Shown: positions 10,453-21,264, numbered from the stretch's first letter. The stretch is 64,000 nucleotides of DNA from Thermoanaerobaculia bacterium (GCA_963664405.1 OY761158.1:2528001-2592000); one strand, 5' to 3'. Program-made: numbers and translations. The notes: generated by a model not told the origin, from the letters alone.

Positions 10453-11568
10453 TTACTCGATCACCGCCACTCGGTTGCGCTCGATCAGATCGAAGTCGAT
10501 CTCAACACCGAGCCCCGGGCCTGTAGGAACGTGGACGAAGCCCTCTCGATCGACTTCGATGTCCTCGACGAGACCGTACTTCTGAGCCGCGGCCGGCAGC
10601 AGCACTTCGAACCACTCGCAGTTGCGAATGGCGGCCGAGAGATGCAGATGGGCGACGTTGTTTAGCGAGTTGCCGCCGTGGTGAATCTCGAAGTTCAGCC
10701 CGAAGCCTTCTGCGAGGTGCGCCGCCTTGAGGCAGCCGGTGAGACCGCCCTTGAGCGCGACGTCGCCGCGCAGGTAGTCGGTGGCCTGGTTGTAGATCCA
10801 AGGCGCGAAAGAGTCGTACCAGGCTCCGGGAAACTCGGTTGCCATGATCGGAACGCGTAGCTGTTGGCGGAGCTTGGTGTAGTTGTAGAGATCCTGATCG
10901 CCGAGGGGATCCTCGTACCATTCGAAGTCGAGCTCTTCGACCCGCTTACCGACTCGCAGGGCCTGCGGGTAGTCGTAGGCCCAGGTCGAATCGAGCATCA
11001 GGGGAAAGTCGTCGCCAACCGCCGAACGCACGGCCGAGACGATCTTCATGTCGTCCCGCCAGAGGCGGAAGGGATGGATCTTGTAGCCCCGCCAGCCCTT
11101 GGCCTGGTAATCGAGGGCCTGCTCGACATAGGCATCGACGCTCGGCAGCTGCTCGGAGCTGGCATAAGCAGGGAGCTTGTCGCGAAAGGTGCCGAGGAGC
11201 TGGTGGATCGGCATCCCCGCCACCTTGCCGGCGATGTCCCAGAGTGCGACGTCAACGGCGCCGATGAGCCACGGCTGGACGACGAGGCGGCGGGTAAGCA
11301 TCGCCTGGTAGAGCTGCTCCCGGGCCAGGGGGTCGCGGCCGAGGACGAGCGGCTTGAGCGTCCCCACCAAAGACTGGGCCCCGAGCGCGGCGCCCATGCC
11401 GAGGAACGAGTGGCCCTCGACGCCCTCGTCGGTGCGGATGGTGACCAGACCGAGCTCGTTCGTGCGCTTCGGCTTGCCGGAGGGGTCGAAGGGTCCGCGG
11501 CCGAGATAAGAGTGAGGCGGAACGTCGTGCCAACTGAAGAGGGTGACGTCGAGGTGCTCGATCTTCAT
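10453..11568 (-). CDS. Mandelate racemase/muconate lactonizing enzyme family protein
   Basis: VDVALWDIAGK, YKIH, LMLD, WYEDP and GPGLGVEID motifs. Confidence 0.9.
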   Translation of the reverse strand: MKIEHLDVTLFSWHDVPPHSYLGRGPFDPSGKPKRTNELGLVTIRTDEGVEGHSFLGMGAALGAQSLVGTLKPLVLGRDPLAREQLYQAMLTRRLVVQPWLIGAVDVALWDIAGKVAGMPIHQLLGTFRDKLPAYASSEQLPSVDAYVEQALDYQAKGWRGYKIHPFRLWRDDMKIVSAVRSAVGDDFPLMLDSTWAYDYPQALRVGKRVEELDFEWYEDPLGDQDLYNYTKLRQQLRVPIMATEFPGAWYDSFAPWIYNQATDYLRGDVALKGGLTGCLKAAHLAEGFGLNFEIHHGGNSLNNVAHLHLSAAIRNCEWFEVLLPAAAQKYGLVEDIEVDREGFVHVPTGPGLGVEIDFDLIERNRVAVIE

Positions 11569-11701
11569 GATCGCGCGAGTTTAGTCCCAGGTTGACGCCC
11601 CTGCAATACATTGCCGGATCATCGCGCGGCCACTACAATCCGAGCTCGCCCGACAGACGCGCTGGCCGAGACCGCGAGGCCAAGAGAACGGAGGAGTCCA
11701 C

Positions 11702-12883
11702 ATGTCCGCATATTTCATTGCCAACGTTCGGGTAACCGATCGCGAGAAGTTCCAGGCCTACGCGGCGGGGGTCGTAAAGACGATCAAGCCGTTCAAAGGT
11801 TGGATTCTCGCTGCCGACCCCGAAGCGGCTGCTCTCGAGGGCGATCTCACAACGAATCACAATGTGATCATTCGCTTCCCGACGACGGCGCACGTGAAGG
11901 CCTGGTGGGAGTCGGGAGAGTACAAGGAGATCATCCCGATCCGGGTCGAAAACAGTGACGGGCCAGCGCTGGCCTACACCCTTGCCGGTCTCGACGGCGA
12001 CGTCGATATTTCTGCTCTCGAGCGCTATCCCAAGAAGTACACCCAGGTCCTCGGCAAGCGCATGGCCTATGTGGAGGTCGGCGAAGGCGACCCCATCGTG
12101 TTCCTGCACGGCAACCCGACCTCCTCTTACCTCTGGCGCAATGTGATTCCTCACCTCGAGGGGGCGGGTCGCTGCATCGCTCCTGATCTCATCGGCATGG
12201 GCGATTCCGAAAAGCTCGAGGACTCGGGCCGGGGCAGCTATCGCTTCGTCGAGCACCGTCGCTATCTCGACGCACTTCTCGAGCAGCTGGGGGTGACCGA
12301 GAACGTCACCTTCGTGATTCACGACTGGGGATCGGCCCTGGGATTCGACTGGGCCAACCGCCATCGCGAAGCCATGAAGGGCATCGCGTACATGGAGGCG
12401 ATCCTCCTGCCGGTTACCTGGGCCCAGTGGCCCAGAGCCGTGACCCCGGTCTTCCAGGGCTTCCGCTCGCCCAAAGGCGAGGAGATGGTCCTCGACAACA
12501 ACTTCTTCGTCGAGAAGGTGCTGCCTTCGTCCGTCATCCGCAAGATGGGCGACGCTGAGAAGAACGCCTACGGCCGCCCCTTCCTCGAGCCGGGCGAGGG
12601 TCGGCGACCCACGTTGACCTGGCCACGCGAGATCCCGATCGAGGGCGAGCCGAAGGATGTAGTCGAGATCGTTCAGTCTTACGGCGACTGGCTCGCGACC
12701 TCAGATCTTCCGAAGCTCTTCATCAACGCCGAGCCTGGAGCCATCTTGCGGGGTAATCAGCGCGAGTTCTGCCGCAGTTGGCCCAACCAGAAGGAGGTCA
12801 GCGTCAAGGGTATTCACTTCATCCAGGAGGACTCTCCTGACGAGATCGGCCAGGCGGTTGCGGAGTGGCTTGGCGGAATATAG
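11702..12883 (+). CDS. Haloalkane dehalogenase with N-terminal DUF1330-like domain
   Basis: [30 protein letters not shown]; first ~100 aa match the DUF1330 pattern ([17 protein letters not shown]). Confidence 0.88.
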   Translation: MSAYFIANVRVTDREKFQAYAAGVVKTIKPFKGWILAADPEAAALEGDLTTNHNVIIRFPTTAHVKAWWESGEYKEIIPIRVENSDGPALAYTLAGLDGDVDISALERYPKKYTQVLGKRMAYVEVGEGDPIVFLHGNPTSSYLWRNVIPHLEGAGRCIAPDLIGMGDSEKLEDSGRGSYRFVEHRRYLDALLEQLGVTENVTFVIHDWGSALGFDWANRHREAMKGIAYMEAILLPVTWAQWPRAVTPVFQGFRSPKGEEMVLDNNFFVEKVLPSSVIRKMGDAEKNAYGRPFLEPGEGRRPTLTWPREIPIEGEPKDVVEIVQSYGDWLATSDLPKLFINAEPGAILRGNQREFCRSWPNQKEVSVKGIHFIQEDSPDEIGQAVAEWLGGI

Positions 12884-14319
12884 AAGCGCCCTACCGCGGG
12901 GCTGCGCTCCTGCTGCTTCTGGTTTGTTCTCCGGCCCGCGGGGCCGACGACCCGGCGGAGCCGCCCAACATCATCTTCTTCGTCACCGACGACCAGCGCT
13001 TCGACATGATGGGCAACATGAGCCCGCTCTTGCACACGCCCCACATGGACAGGCTGGCAGCGCAGGGCGTGCGTTTCGAAAACGCTTTTGTAACGACCCC
13101 CATCTGCGCCGCCAGTCGGGCCAGCCTCTTGACAGGCACCGTGGAACGGACCCACCAGTTCACCTTCGGAACGCCGCCACTGTCCAAAGCGATGACGGAT
13201 CAGAGTTATGCGACGTTGATGCGCGCCGCCGGGTATCGCAGCGGGTTCATCGGCAAATTTGGGATGATGGTCGAGCCAGGGGCTGTCGAGACCATGTTCG
13301 ACGCCTTCGTCCCGCTCTTCCGCAACCCCTACTTCAAGCTTCAGGAAGATGGCTCGGCGCGGCACCTCACCGACGTCACCGGCGACGAGATCCGGACCTT
13401 TCTGCAAGCGAATCGGGCGGATCAGCCGTTTGTGCTCTCGGTCAGCTTCAATGCGCCTCATGCCGAAGACAACGACGAACGCCAATATATCTGGCCGGCG
13501 GCTATGGACAGCCTCTACTCCGAGACGGTGATCCCCGAGCCCCCGCTGTCCGATCCAGCCTTCTTCGAAGGTCTGCCTCCCTTTCTCAAGGATCCCCAGA
13601 GCAACCTGAACCGCTTCCGCTGGTTCTGGCGCTTCGACACGCCGGAAAAGGCACAGCAGATGACCAAGGGCTACTTCCGCATGATCAGCGGCGTCGACGC
13701 CGTCATTGGGCAGGTGGGGGATGAACTGGAGCGGCTGGGCCTTGCCGACAACACCCTCCTCATCATGATGGGCGACAACGGATACTTTCTGGGGGAGCGC
13801 GGTTATGCGGGCAAGTGGCTCCCCTACGAACCCTCCATTCGGGTTCCTCTGCTCATCTTCGATCCGCGCCCCGGTTCGTCCCGCGCCGGACTACGGCCCA
13901 CGGCAATGGCGCTGAACATCGACATCGCACCGACGCTGCTCGATCTCGCCGGGGTTGCCCTCCCCGCTACCATGCAAGGCCGCAGCCTCGTTCCGCTGCT
14001 ACGGGGCGAAGAACCGGAAGACTGGCGGACGGACTTTTTCGTCGAGCACCTGATGGAGCACGAACAGATCGTCAAGCACGAGGGCGTGCGCGGGCAACGC
14101 TACAAATACGCGCGCTATTTCGAGCTCGACCCCCTCTACGAAGAGCTCTATGACCTCGAAGGGGACCCGCTCGAAACGCAGAACCTCGTCGGCGATAAGG
14201 CCTATGCCGAGGTGCTAGCGGAGCAACGACTCCGCACCGATGAGCTCCGCGACAGCTACGGCGGTCCCTACGTCAGCGATTTGAACGTGCAGTCGGGGAT
14301 CAGGGCTGAGAGTCCCTGA
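12865..14319 (+). CDS. Sulfatase, exported
   Basis: [31 protein letters not shown] and YEPSIRVPL. Confidence 0.9.
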   Translation: MAWRNIEAPYRGAALLLLLVCSPARGADDPAEPPNIIFFVTDDQRFDMMGNMSPLLHTPHMDRLAAQGVRFENAFVTTPICAASRASLLTGTVERTHQFTFGTPPLSKAMTDQSYATLMRAAGYRSGFIGKFGMMVEPGAVETMFDAFVPLFRNPYFKLQEDGSARHLTDVTGDEIRTFLQANRADQPFVLSVSFNAPHAEDNDERQYIWPAAMDSLYSETVIPEPPLSDPAFFEGLPPFLKDPQSNLNRFRWFWRFDTPEKAQQMTKGYFRMISGVDAVIGQVGDELERLGLADNTLLIMMGDNGYFLGERGYAGKWLPYEPSIRVPLLIFDPRPGSSRAGLRPTAMALNIDIAPTLLDLAGVALPATMQGRSLVPLLRGEEPEDWRTDFFVEHLMEHEQIVKHEGVRGQRYKYARYFELDPLYEELYDLEGDPLETQNLVGDKAYAEVLAEQRLRTDELRDSYGGPYVSDLNVQSGIRAESP

Positions 14320-14956
14320 CTTCGTCAGCGGCGGCCAGGCGAGCCTTCATCCTTGCCAGCCTCTGACGGCCGTATGAGCTCTCCGGCTCGAACTCGCCCG
14401 CTCGGCACCGAGGGTGAAGCTCGGCGAAAGGCACTCCGGCCCGATACTCCTCGATCACCCGGTCCGGATCGAAGTCGACACCGATCGGATTCTCGGCAAA
14501 GTCGCCATATTTCATCCAATCGAGCATCGCTTCCCGGGTGTCGAAATTGTCGACCTGCAGCTCCAGGCCGTTGCCGTCGGGATCGCGATAGTAGAACGAG
14601 GTGATCGGGCCGTGGTTGGTCACCCAGTAGGGAAGAGTCCCAGGCTCTTTCAACCTCAAATAGGTCGAGGCGAGCTCCCCGAAGTCTCGGTACTGGTAGG
14701 CAACATGGTCGAGGCCCTGGGCCGTCAGGCCTCCCCCATCCTTGAAGCTCGGATCTTGCATCAGGGCGATGCGCCCCAGCTTGTCGTCCCACGACAGGAA
14801 ACACGCGGAGCCGTTGTCGAAAAGAACCTCCCCTCCCAGTACTCGGAGATAGAAGTCCCTCATCTCGGGCAGCTGCTTGGTGCGAAAGTTGACGTGATGC
14901 AGATAGCTCGGCGCAATTGCCCGATCGGTAACCAGAGTGGGTTGCGTAACGCTCAT
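14300..14956 (-). CDS. VOC/glyoxalase (extradiol dioxygenase-like) family protein
   Basis: LHHVNF, GLDHVAY and SFYYRDPDGNGLELQ. Confidence 0.85.
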   Translation of the reverse strand: MSVTQPTLVTDRAIAPSYLHHVNFRTKQLPEMRDFYLRVLGGEVLFDNGSACFLSWDDKLGRIALMQDPSFKDGGGLTAQGLDHVAYQYRDFGELASTYLRLKEPGTLPYWVTNHGPITSFYYRDPDGNGLELQVDNFDTREAMLDWMKYGDFAENPIGVDFDPDRVIEEYRAGVPFAELHPRCRAGEFEPESSYGRQRLARMKARLAAADEVRDSQP

Positions 14957-15114
14957 CGGCCTTCTCCGTAAGAGTCTCAGCTCAGTCTTTCACAGCGACC
15001 ATCGGTCAAGTTCGCGTGCCCTTCTAACAGGAGTGCAGGGCTATTCGGCAGAGAGAGTGCGAAGACCCCGGGAGGGCTCGATTTTATGGTATTGATTATG
15101 GCATGCTTACTGGT

Positions 15115-15318
15115 ATGAGCAGGGAAAAGAAGATCACGGTTCACATCCCAGGCGGGCTGCTCGAAAAGGCGCGGCGGGAGACCGGAGAGGGAATCACCGA
15201 AACGGTCAGGCAGGGATTGCGTCTGGTGGCAGCGGGCGACACCTACCGCAAGCTGCGCAAGCTCCGCGGCAAGGTAAAGATCGAGATCGATCGAGAGTTG
15301 CGTGAGGATCGCGGGTGA
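15115..15318 (+). CDS. Antitoxin (VapB-like)
   Basis: Small KITVHIP..LLEKA RHH-like protein overlapping the PIN toxin start (GTGA). Confidence 0.75.
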   Translation: MSREKKITVHIPGGLLEKARRETGEGITETVRQGLRLVAAGDTYRKLRKLRGKVKIEIDRELREDRG

Positions 15319-15689
15319 TCGCGATCGATACAAGCTCCCTGATCGCCTTCCTGGGAGGGGAAGAAGGTCATGACGTCGAGGCACTCGATCGGGCGCTCGA
15401 GATGAGTCAAGCGGTTCTGCCGCCGGTCGTTCTAACCGAGATTCTCAGCGCTCCCGGATTGCCGCCGCGGGTGGCAAGGCTAGTGCGAGAGCTGCCAACT
15501 CTGGAGACCTTGCCAGGCTTCTGGGAGCGAGCCGCTCTGACCAGGTCGAAGATCCTCACGCATCGACTCCGAGCTCGACTCGCCGACAGCCTGATCTCGC
15601 AGTTCTGTCTGGATCATGGAACAGCGCTGGTCACTCGAGACGGCGACTTCCTGCACTTCGTCGAGCATGCAGGACTGGAACTGGCCTGA
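15315..15689 (+). CDS. vapC: PIN-domain toxin VapC
   Basis: IDTSSLI, VVLTEIL, LADSLI and LVTRDGDF PIN motifs. Confidence 0.9.
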   Translation: MIAIDTSSLIAFLGGEEGHDVEALDRALEMSQAVLPPVVLTEILSAPGLPPRVARLVRELPTLETLPGFWERAALTRSKILTHRLRARLADSLISQFCLDHGTALVTRDGDFLHFVEHAGLELA

Positions 15690-15867
15690 TCTCGTTCTCC
15701 TGGGTGGTGAGCGTGGCGCCGCTGCCCATCTTGAGGGCCGTGTGGCTGTGCCCAGGCAGCCTTCGGCTGCCAGCCGTGCCACCGGGTGTTCTCTGCCATC
15801 CGGTCGGCTTCGCCAAGGCGCTGCTGAGCTACTGGAAGCATCGACCGTTTCTATGCACAATAGAGCC

Positions 15868-17039
15868 ATGACCACCGTCAGAGAGACCATCCCCGAGGCT
15901 CTCCAGCCCGAAGTCGATGCCGCACTCGCCTGGTTCAACAGCGAGCGGGCCGCCGCGTTCGAAGTGACCGGGATCATCGACCCCGATGAATCGCTGGCGG
16001 CCAACGAGCCGCGGGACCTGCGGCTGGTGCTATGCGGGGGCGACCTCTGCGAGCAGCGCAACTTCCGGGTCTGGAGGGAAGCCGAGGGTTTCACGGTTGC
16101 GCTGCAAGAGGAGGCAGCGCCGGAGCCCGGCCACGCAACAGCGCGGCCGGCGGAGCTCGACCCCCCGCCCCCGGGGCGCGACGCCCCTGGCTCGACGCCG
16201 CACTGGCCGAGCACGCGTTCGTGGTCCTCGTCTTCTACCGCGGCTTCTGGTGACCGCCTTGTCGCTTCGAGTTGCGAAGCTACATGAAGGGCGAAATCCC
16301 CGAGAAGATCCGGGCCGCGGGCGGCGAGATCTACGCGGTGACGAGCGAGCCGCAGGCGCTCGCGTCCCGCGCCCAGTCCGAATGGGACTTCGGCTTCGAA
16401 TCCGTCGGCGACCCCCATCAGGAGATCGCCGGCGCCTGCCGCGAACGCGGTTGGCTCGATCTCTTCGTGAACGAGAAGACCGGCCTTCTGCTGCGCTCGA
16501 CGACGGGTTGGCTTCCCCAACATCCGAAGGGCTACTTCCAGCCCGGTACGCTCGCGCTCTCGTCGTCCGGCCGCGTGCTGTACCGCTGGCGCGGCACGCC
16601 GACCCGCAAGAACATAGGTGGCGCCACCGAACGCCCGACGGCCGAGCACGTCTGGGCGGTCGTGTCCGAGGCACTGCAAGCTCCCGCCGACACGCCGGAT
16701 GCCGCACTCGATGCGGACCCTCCGCTCGACTCGCGCGGCATCCCCTGGCCGCTCTTCGTCATTCTTCTGCTCGCCAACGGCTGGTTCGTCCGGGCGCGCC
16801 CCTTCCTGTACCTGCCGGATGGACCGACTGCCAACCGCCGCGCGCGGTCAGCGATGGTGCGCGTCGCCTTCTTCCTGGCCGGGTGGGTCGCCGCCTTCGC
16901 GACCCTGCCAACCTTGTGGGTCGGTGCGGCGCTCGCGGCCTGGGTCGCCTGGATCATTCCGAGCATCCGCGTCATCAACGACGAGTGCCAGAACGAACCC
17001 GCCCCCAAGACCAGCGTTTCCGAAGTTCGAGTCGCATAG
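15868..17039 (+). CDS. Putative selenoprotein: N-terminal CxxxxC domain, AhpC/Prx-like redoxin (W-U-P-P-C) and C-terminal membrane helices; UGA at 16251-16253, frameshift in C-run ~16161-16172
   Basis: VFYRGFW-TGA-PPCRFELRSY is in frame with ORF 16272..17039; colinear with the paralog at 62869..63981; SECIS-like hairpin follows the UGA. Confidence 0.8.
16264..16280 (+). promoter_or_regulatory. Putative bacterial SECIS hairpin
   Basis: GCTTCG-AGTTG-CGAAGC starting 10 nt after the UGA, G at second loop position. Confidence 0.7.
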
Positions 17040-17171
17040 CTCGAGGTCATTCTGTTCGCTGGCAAGGCGCGCCGACGCAGGCATATTGGGAATCTGTCGA
17101 GGAGGTGCAACGCTGCCAGCGAGCAGAAGGGGCCGAGATAGGTGGCGCGAACTTTGGAAACGCTGGTCTAG
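17006..17171 (+). mobile_element. MITE-like element, copy 1
   Basis: TIRs CAAGACCAGCGTTTCCGAAGTTCG / CGAACTTTGGAAACGCTGGTCTAG; interior homologous to copies at 18852 and 25222. Confidence 0.85.
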
Positions 17172-17236
17172 CTTGCAGTCCCCGCCCAGGCGACCTGCTG
17201 CGAAGGAAGACCTAGGCAGTTCTCGCGGCGCAAGGA

Positions 17237-18331
17237 TCAAGCCAGCTGCGCGACACCCAAGACCGTGCCGATCTCAATCCGGGCCTGTGCCGTTCGCTCC
17301 TCCAAGGGAATGCCGATGGCGTCCGCGACCCGGTCGTTGAGCTGGAACATGGAGATGACCGCCGCGGCATCGACCACGGCCTCGGACCCGAGCGCAGCCT
17401 GAAGACCATCCCTAGCCTGAATGATCGTCTCGCCTTCGCCTGACAGCACGGCATCGGCATAGCGGATCAGCAGATCACCCTGCGGCACGCCGGCGTCGCC
17501 ACCGCCATCCTCTCGTAGAGCCGAGAGGTCGGCGTCGCTTCCATCCTGCCTGCTGCCCTCACGGAGCAGTGCCGCGTGGCCGGTTGCTCAGTAAAAACAC
17601 TCGTTGAGCATCGAAACTCTGCTCGCAAGCAGTTCCATCTGGCACTTGGTCAGAGAACGGTCGTGGTCCTGGTCGGTGTATCTCGGGACCTGCTCGTAGG
17701 GGAAATAGTGCGCTTCCATCAGGGTCATGGCTGCCCGCGTCTCTTCCGGTACTAGGCTCAGCCCTCGATGAACGTTGGGCACGAAGTGGCGGGTGTCGTA
17801 GAGATCGGCGTAGTCATCCAGAAGCCCCGTCACCGGGATCATGGGGACGTGCGCTTCCTCCTTCTCGGCGGTCGGCGGTCGTTGCCGGGAAGGCTCGCCG
17901 AGCTGCGCCTCGGGCAGCGCATGTAGATCACATCCAATCGCTCTGGTGAAGGTATCGACGACGAGGGTGGCTACCGCCACACCCAGAGTCTCGACGTACT
18001 CGCAATCCGTCATCCCCTGCTCCAGAAGCCCCTCGACCCAATGTCCCGCGATCCGTCCGGGGTCGGTGACAACGCGATGAACGACCTCCACCACCTCGCT
18101 GGGGAGCTCGCCCAGGCTGTCGTGCGAGCCCTCGAGTCCATACGGTGACAAGGCAGCCCGTCTTCGATCGCACAGAGAACAAGCCCGCGCGTTTCGGGTC
18201 TCTCCCGCGATGGCGACCCGGCGCTCAGAGGTCCACCAGGTGCCCGGCATTCCCAGGTGGAGCCAGATTCGTCGGTGTGCCTCGAGGAGATCTCCTCTGA
18301 CGAGCAGAGAAGAAGCGGTGTAGTCGATCAC
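17237..18331 (-). CDS. Putative selenoprotein: AhpD/carboxymuconolactone decarboxylase-like protein with C-F-Y-U (CxxU); UGA at 17590-17588
   Basis: ELLASRVSMLNECFY-TGA-ATGHAALL is in frame with ORF 17237..17488 (DAAAVISMFQLNDRVADAIG), giving the AhpD CxxCxxxH signature with U as second residue. Confidence 0.85.
17553..17569 (-). promoter_or_regulatory. Putative bacterial SECIS hairpin
   Basis: Minus strand CTGCTC-CGTGA-GGGCAG (one G-U pair), 18 nt after the UGA. Confidence 0.55.
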
Positions 18332-18363
18332 AGATGGCAGCGTATCAAGGCCTCGTGGCCGGG

Positions 18364-18640
18364 GAGCTGACGATCGCCGATCATCTCAAGCGCGCCGGCT
18401 ACGCGACCGGCATCGTCGGCAAGTAGCACCTCTGTTTCAAAGACGAGCACTATCCGACCCATCGCGGCTTCGACGAGTTCTACGGTCATCTCTCAGGCGG
18501 CACGCAATTCGTCAATGTGCTCTCGGATGCGGTCCTTTCGGTGCCGAGCGGCCGCGATATGCGCGACCGACCACCTGAAGACCTGCGCACCGATGTCCTC
18601 GTCCGCGGAACCGAGCCCCTCTCCCCGCCCAACCGAAGCG
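18364..18640 (+). pseudogene. Sulfatase internal fragment with nonsense codon
   Basis: TIADHLKRAGYATGIVGK*HL...HRGFDEFYG; TGG to TAG in GKWHL at 18424; no start or C-terminus; ends approximate. Confidence 0.75.
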
Positions 18641-18851
18641 GAGGCTACCAAATCGTCGAGGGGCGATCCAGTCGCTCGAGGAGGAGATCGAAGACTGGCG
18701 ATCGATCACGGTCGAGCCGCTTTGGGGTCCTCGCCCGCCCACGACCTACTCGATCTGCAACATCGAGCCGATCGGCTTCGAGGTTTAGCCGCAGGGAATG
18801 ATTGCTATCATTCCCTGCGGCTCGTTGCTGTTTGGCGCCGAGGACGGCGCA

Positions 18852-19030
18852 CTAGACCAGCGTTTCCAAAGTTCGCGCACACATCTCGGCCCCTTCTGCC
18901 CGCTGCCGGCGTTGGCTAGGCGCCCCCGCGCTCCTCGACATATTGCCCAATATGCCTGCGTCGCCGCGCCTGGCCAGCGAACAGAATGACCTCGAGCTAT
19001 GCAACACGAACTTTGGAAACGCTGGTCTAG
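18852..19030 (-). mobile_element. MITE-like element, copy 2 (179 bp)
   Basis: Perfect 24-nt TIRs including terminal CTAG; its CTAG contains the TAG stop of the adjacent antitoxin gene. Confidence 0.9.
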
Positions 19031-19269
19031 GGCGCTGCGGTGCCGAGCTCCTCCAGGTGCCGCGCAATCAGCATCTTGATGAGGGACTGACGGGGAACCC
19101 CTAGCCTCGAGGCCTCGCGATCGAGAGAATCGACCATCCAGTTGGGAAAATCGACATTGACTCGGCGCTGCTCGTGACCGGGGCGTCGCACCTTTGACAG
19201 ATCAAGATACCTGGTGATGTCCTCGCCCGCATCGAACTTCTCGTCGAGCTCCTTCGCCTTAGCCTTCAT
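19027..19269 (-). CDS. brnA: BrnA-like/CopG-family antitoxin
   Basis: MKAKELDEKFDAGEDI...RRVNVDFPNWMVDSLDREA.RLGVPRQSLIK, downstream of a BrnT toxin. Confidence 0.85.
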   Translation of the reverse strand: MKAKAKELDEKFDAGEDITRYLDLSKVRRPGHEQRRVNVDFPNWMVDSLDREASRLGVPRQSLIKMLIARHLEELGTAAP

Positions 19270-19519
19270 AGAGTTCGATCTCCTCTCTGCGAGACCGTCG
19301 AACCGAGATAATCCGCAGACGGTCGCCTCGATAGGTGATGATCGCGGACCACGACAGATCCTCGATCTTCCCGACGATCAGGATCCTTGGCTCGTCCGCA
19401 GTCCTCGCCGGGACGGCAATCAAGTCGGGGTCGTTCCACAGCTCTTGCGCCTCGATGAAATCGATGCCGTGTTTCTTCTGGTTCGAGCGACTCTTGCGGA
19501 CGTCGAACTCGAACCTCAT
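19259..19519 (-). CDS. brnT: BrnT-family ribonuclease toxin (DUF497)
   Basis: MRFEFD..KS.SNQKKHGIDF...RIISVRRS. Confidence 0.9.
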   Translation of the reverse strand: MRFEFDVRKSRSNQKKHGIDFIEAQELWNDPDLIAVPARTADEPRILIVGKIEDLSWSAIITYRGDRLRIISVRRSRREEIELYEG

Positions 19520-19732
19520 GGTATAAAAATTATACCTCACAAGGCCAAGTCTCGGAGGGCCTTCGCTCTCTGGCAGCAGCTCGCAGTTCTCCAGGCCAAG
19601 CGCCGGTGCGGCTCGAGCGACTGCGCGGTACTTCCGCGACCGGCAGACAGATCGCCAAGCACGAAGGCGATGAACTCGGGCTTCGTCCTGCGGTCACCGC
19701 CAGGGCGAAGCCCCAAGAGAGAGGCTCAGACC

Positions 19733-21223
19733 TCAGGCACTTGCGAAGTGCTTCTCGAGACGAGCTACCACGTCCGGCTTGCTGGCGGCAATATTGTGGT
19801 CCTCGAGTGGGTCCGCCTCGGTGTCGAACAACATCTTCTTCTCCTCGAAGCCATCGACCAGCTTGTAGCGGTGGTCCTGCACCAAGCGGAACCGGCCGGA
19901 GGCGGCGTTGCCCGTCTGGAGCGCGGAGCGGAGATGCTCCCGATGCTCTCCCTTGCCGGAGTCGAGCACAGGCCGCAGCGAGCGACTATCCATGTCGTCG
20001 GGCACGGCGACCTCGGCGTAGTCGAGGCTGGTGGCAGCCAGGTCCATAAAGGAGACCAGGGAGTCGCTGCGGACACCCCTCGCGATTCCCGGGCCGGCCA
20101 TGACCAGCGGCACCCTCGCCGAGGCCTCGTGGGGAAGCGACTTGCCCCAGTAGTCGTGGTCGCCGAGCATCTCGCCGTGATCGCTGGTGTAGACGACGAT
20201 GGTGTCGTCCGCCTCGCCACGCTCCTCGAGCCGCTTCTGGTAGATGCCGAGCTGGCGGTCGATGTTCTCGATCATCGCCGCGTAGTTCTGGCGGATGCGG
20301 ATGTGGTGCTCCGGCGTGAAGGGGGACGGAGGAGCGAGCATCCGCCCGCCACGCCCGATGCCCTTGTAGTTATGCGGCTGCGGGAAGTCCTCGATCACCC
20401 GGTCGGGGCCACGGTACAGCCGCTCCATCCTGCGAGTGATGTCCATCGGCGGATGGGGTCCATTGAAGTTGACGATCAGAAACCACGGGCTCCCGTCCGG
20501 AGCACCGTCGAGGAGATCCAGCCCGGTGCGCGCCGTGTAGTTGGCTTTGTAGGCCTCGTCGCTGAGCGGCGTGGGCTCCGTCCTTCCCCACCAGTTGAGA
20601 TGCCGCGGTCTGGCGCGCTTGGCCATATCTTCCGCGTGGATCCTGAGCATGGGTGGGTCCAGCGATTGGAGGTAGTGCCCATAGGGATTGTCGAGCCCGG
20701 TCCCTTTGCTGCCGGTGATCAGCATGTCGGAGAAGCCCCACTCCTCCATGTGCAGCTTGCCGTCGGGAGTCCGCCCGTCCGCTCCTTTGTGCAGATCGAT
20801 CTTGCCGCAGGCCATGGTGTGGTAGCCGCTGTCGTGAAGGTGCTTGTAGAAGGTGGTCCGGTCAAGCGGCATCGCAACCGCGTTCGTCGGCGCCCCGCAG
20901 TTCTCATACTCCGCACCCAACGCCAGGCAAGACCGCGACGGTCCGCAAACCGGCGCCGCCACGATCGCCCGCGTGAAGTCGACGCCGCGTGCCGCCAGGG
21001 CATCGATGTTGGGTGTCGGGATCGGGATCTGCGGATTGCGTCCCAGCCAGTCGAAGCGGTGCTGGTCGGAAACGAGCATCAGGATATTGGGTCTCTTGGT
21101 CGAGCGCGGTCCCGGGATCTGAGCCGCGCCGGGGCCGGATAGAGCAGCCGTCGCGGTGGCCGCGGCGGCTCCCGCGAGGAAGTCGCGTCGAGAAGTGAGC
21201 TTCTGGCTGTTCTTTCTCTTCAT
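19733..21223 (-). CDS. Sulfatase with Tat signal (choline-sulfatase-like)
   Basis: SRRDFL Tat motif, PNILMLVSDQHR, CGPSRSCL and SDHGEMLGDH. Confidence 0.9.
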   Translation of the reverse strand: MKRKNSQKLTSRRDFLAGAAAATATAALSGPGAAQIPGPRSTKRPNILMLVSDQHRFDWLGRNPQIPIPTPNIDALAARGVDFTRAIVAAPVCGPSRSCLALGAEYENCGAPTNAVAMPLDRTTFYKHLHDSGYHTMACGKIDLHKGADGRTPDGKLHMEEWGFSDMLITGSKGTGLDNPYGHYLQSLDPPMLRIHAEDMAKRARPRHLNWWGRTEPTPLSDEAYKANYTARTGLDLLDGAPDGSPWFLIVNFNGPHPPMDITRRMERLYRGPDRVIEDFPQPHNYKGIGRGGRMLAPPSPFTPEHHIRIRQNYAAMIENIDRQLGIYQKRLEERGEADDTIVVYTSDHGEMLGDHDYWGKSLPHEASARVPLVMAGPGIARGVRSDSLVSFMDLAATSLDYAEVAVPDDMDSRSLRPVLDSGKGEHREHLRSALQTGNAASGRFRLVQDHRYKLVDGFEEKKMLFDTEADPLEDHNIAASKPDVVARLEKHFASA

Positions 21224-21264
21224 CTTGGACTCCTTCGCTTCCAGCATAGCGTAGCCGTGCGGGT

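Noticed and set aside
19214-21142. 642-aa plus-strand ORF and similar long antisense ORFs (e.g. 6804..8117, 35900..37102, 42241..43215)
   Set aside because: Shadow frames of well-supported genes on the opposite strand in GC-rich DNA, with no motifs.
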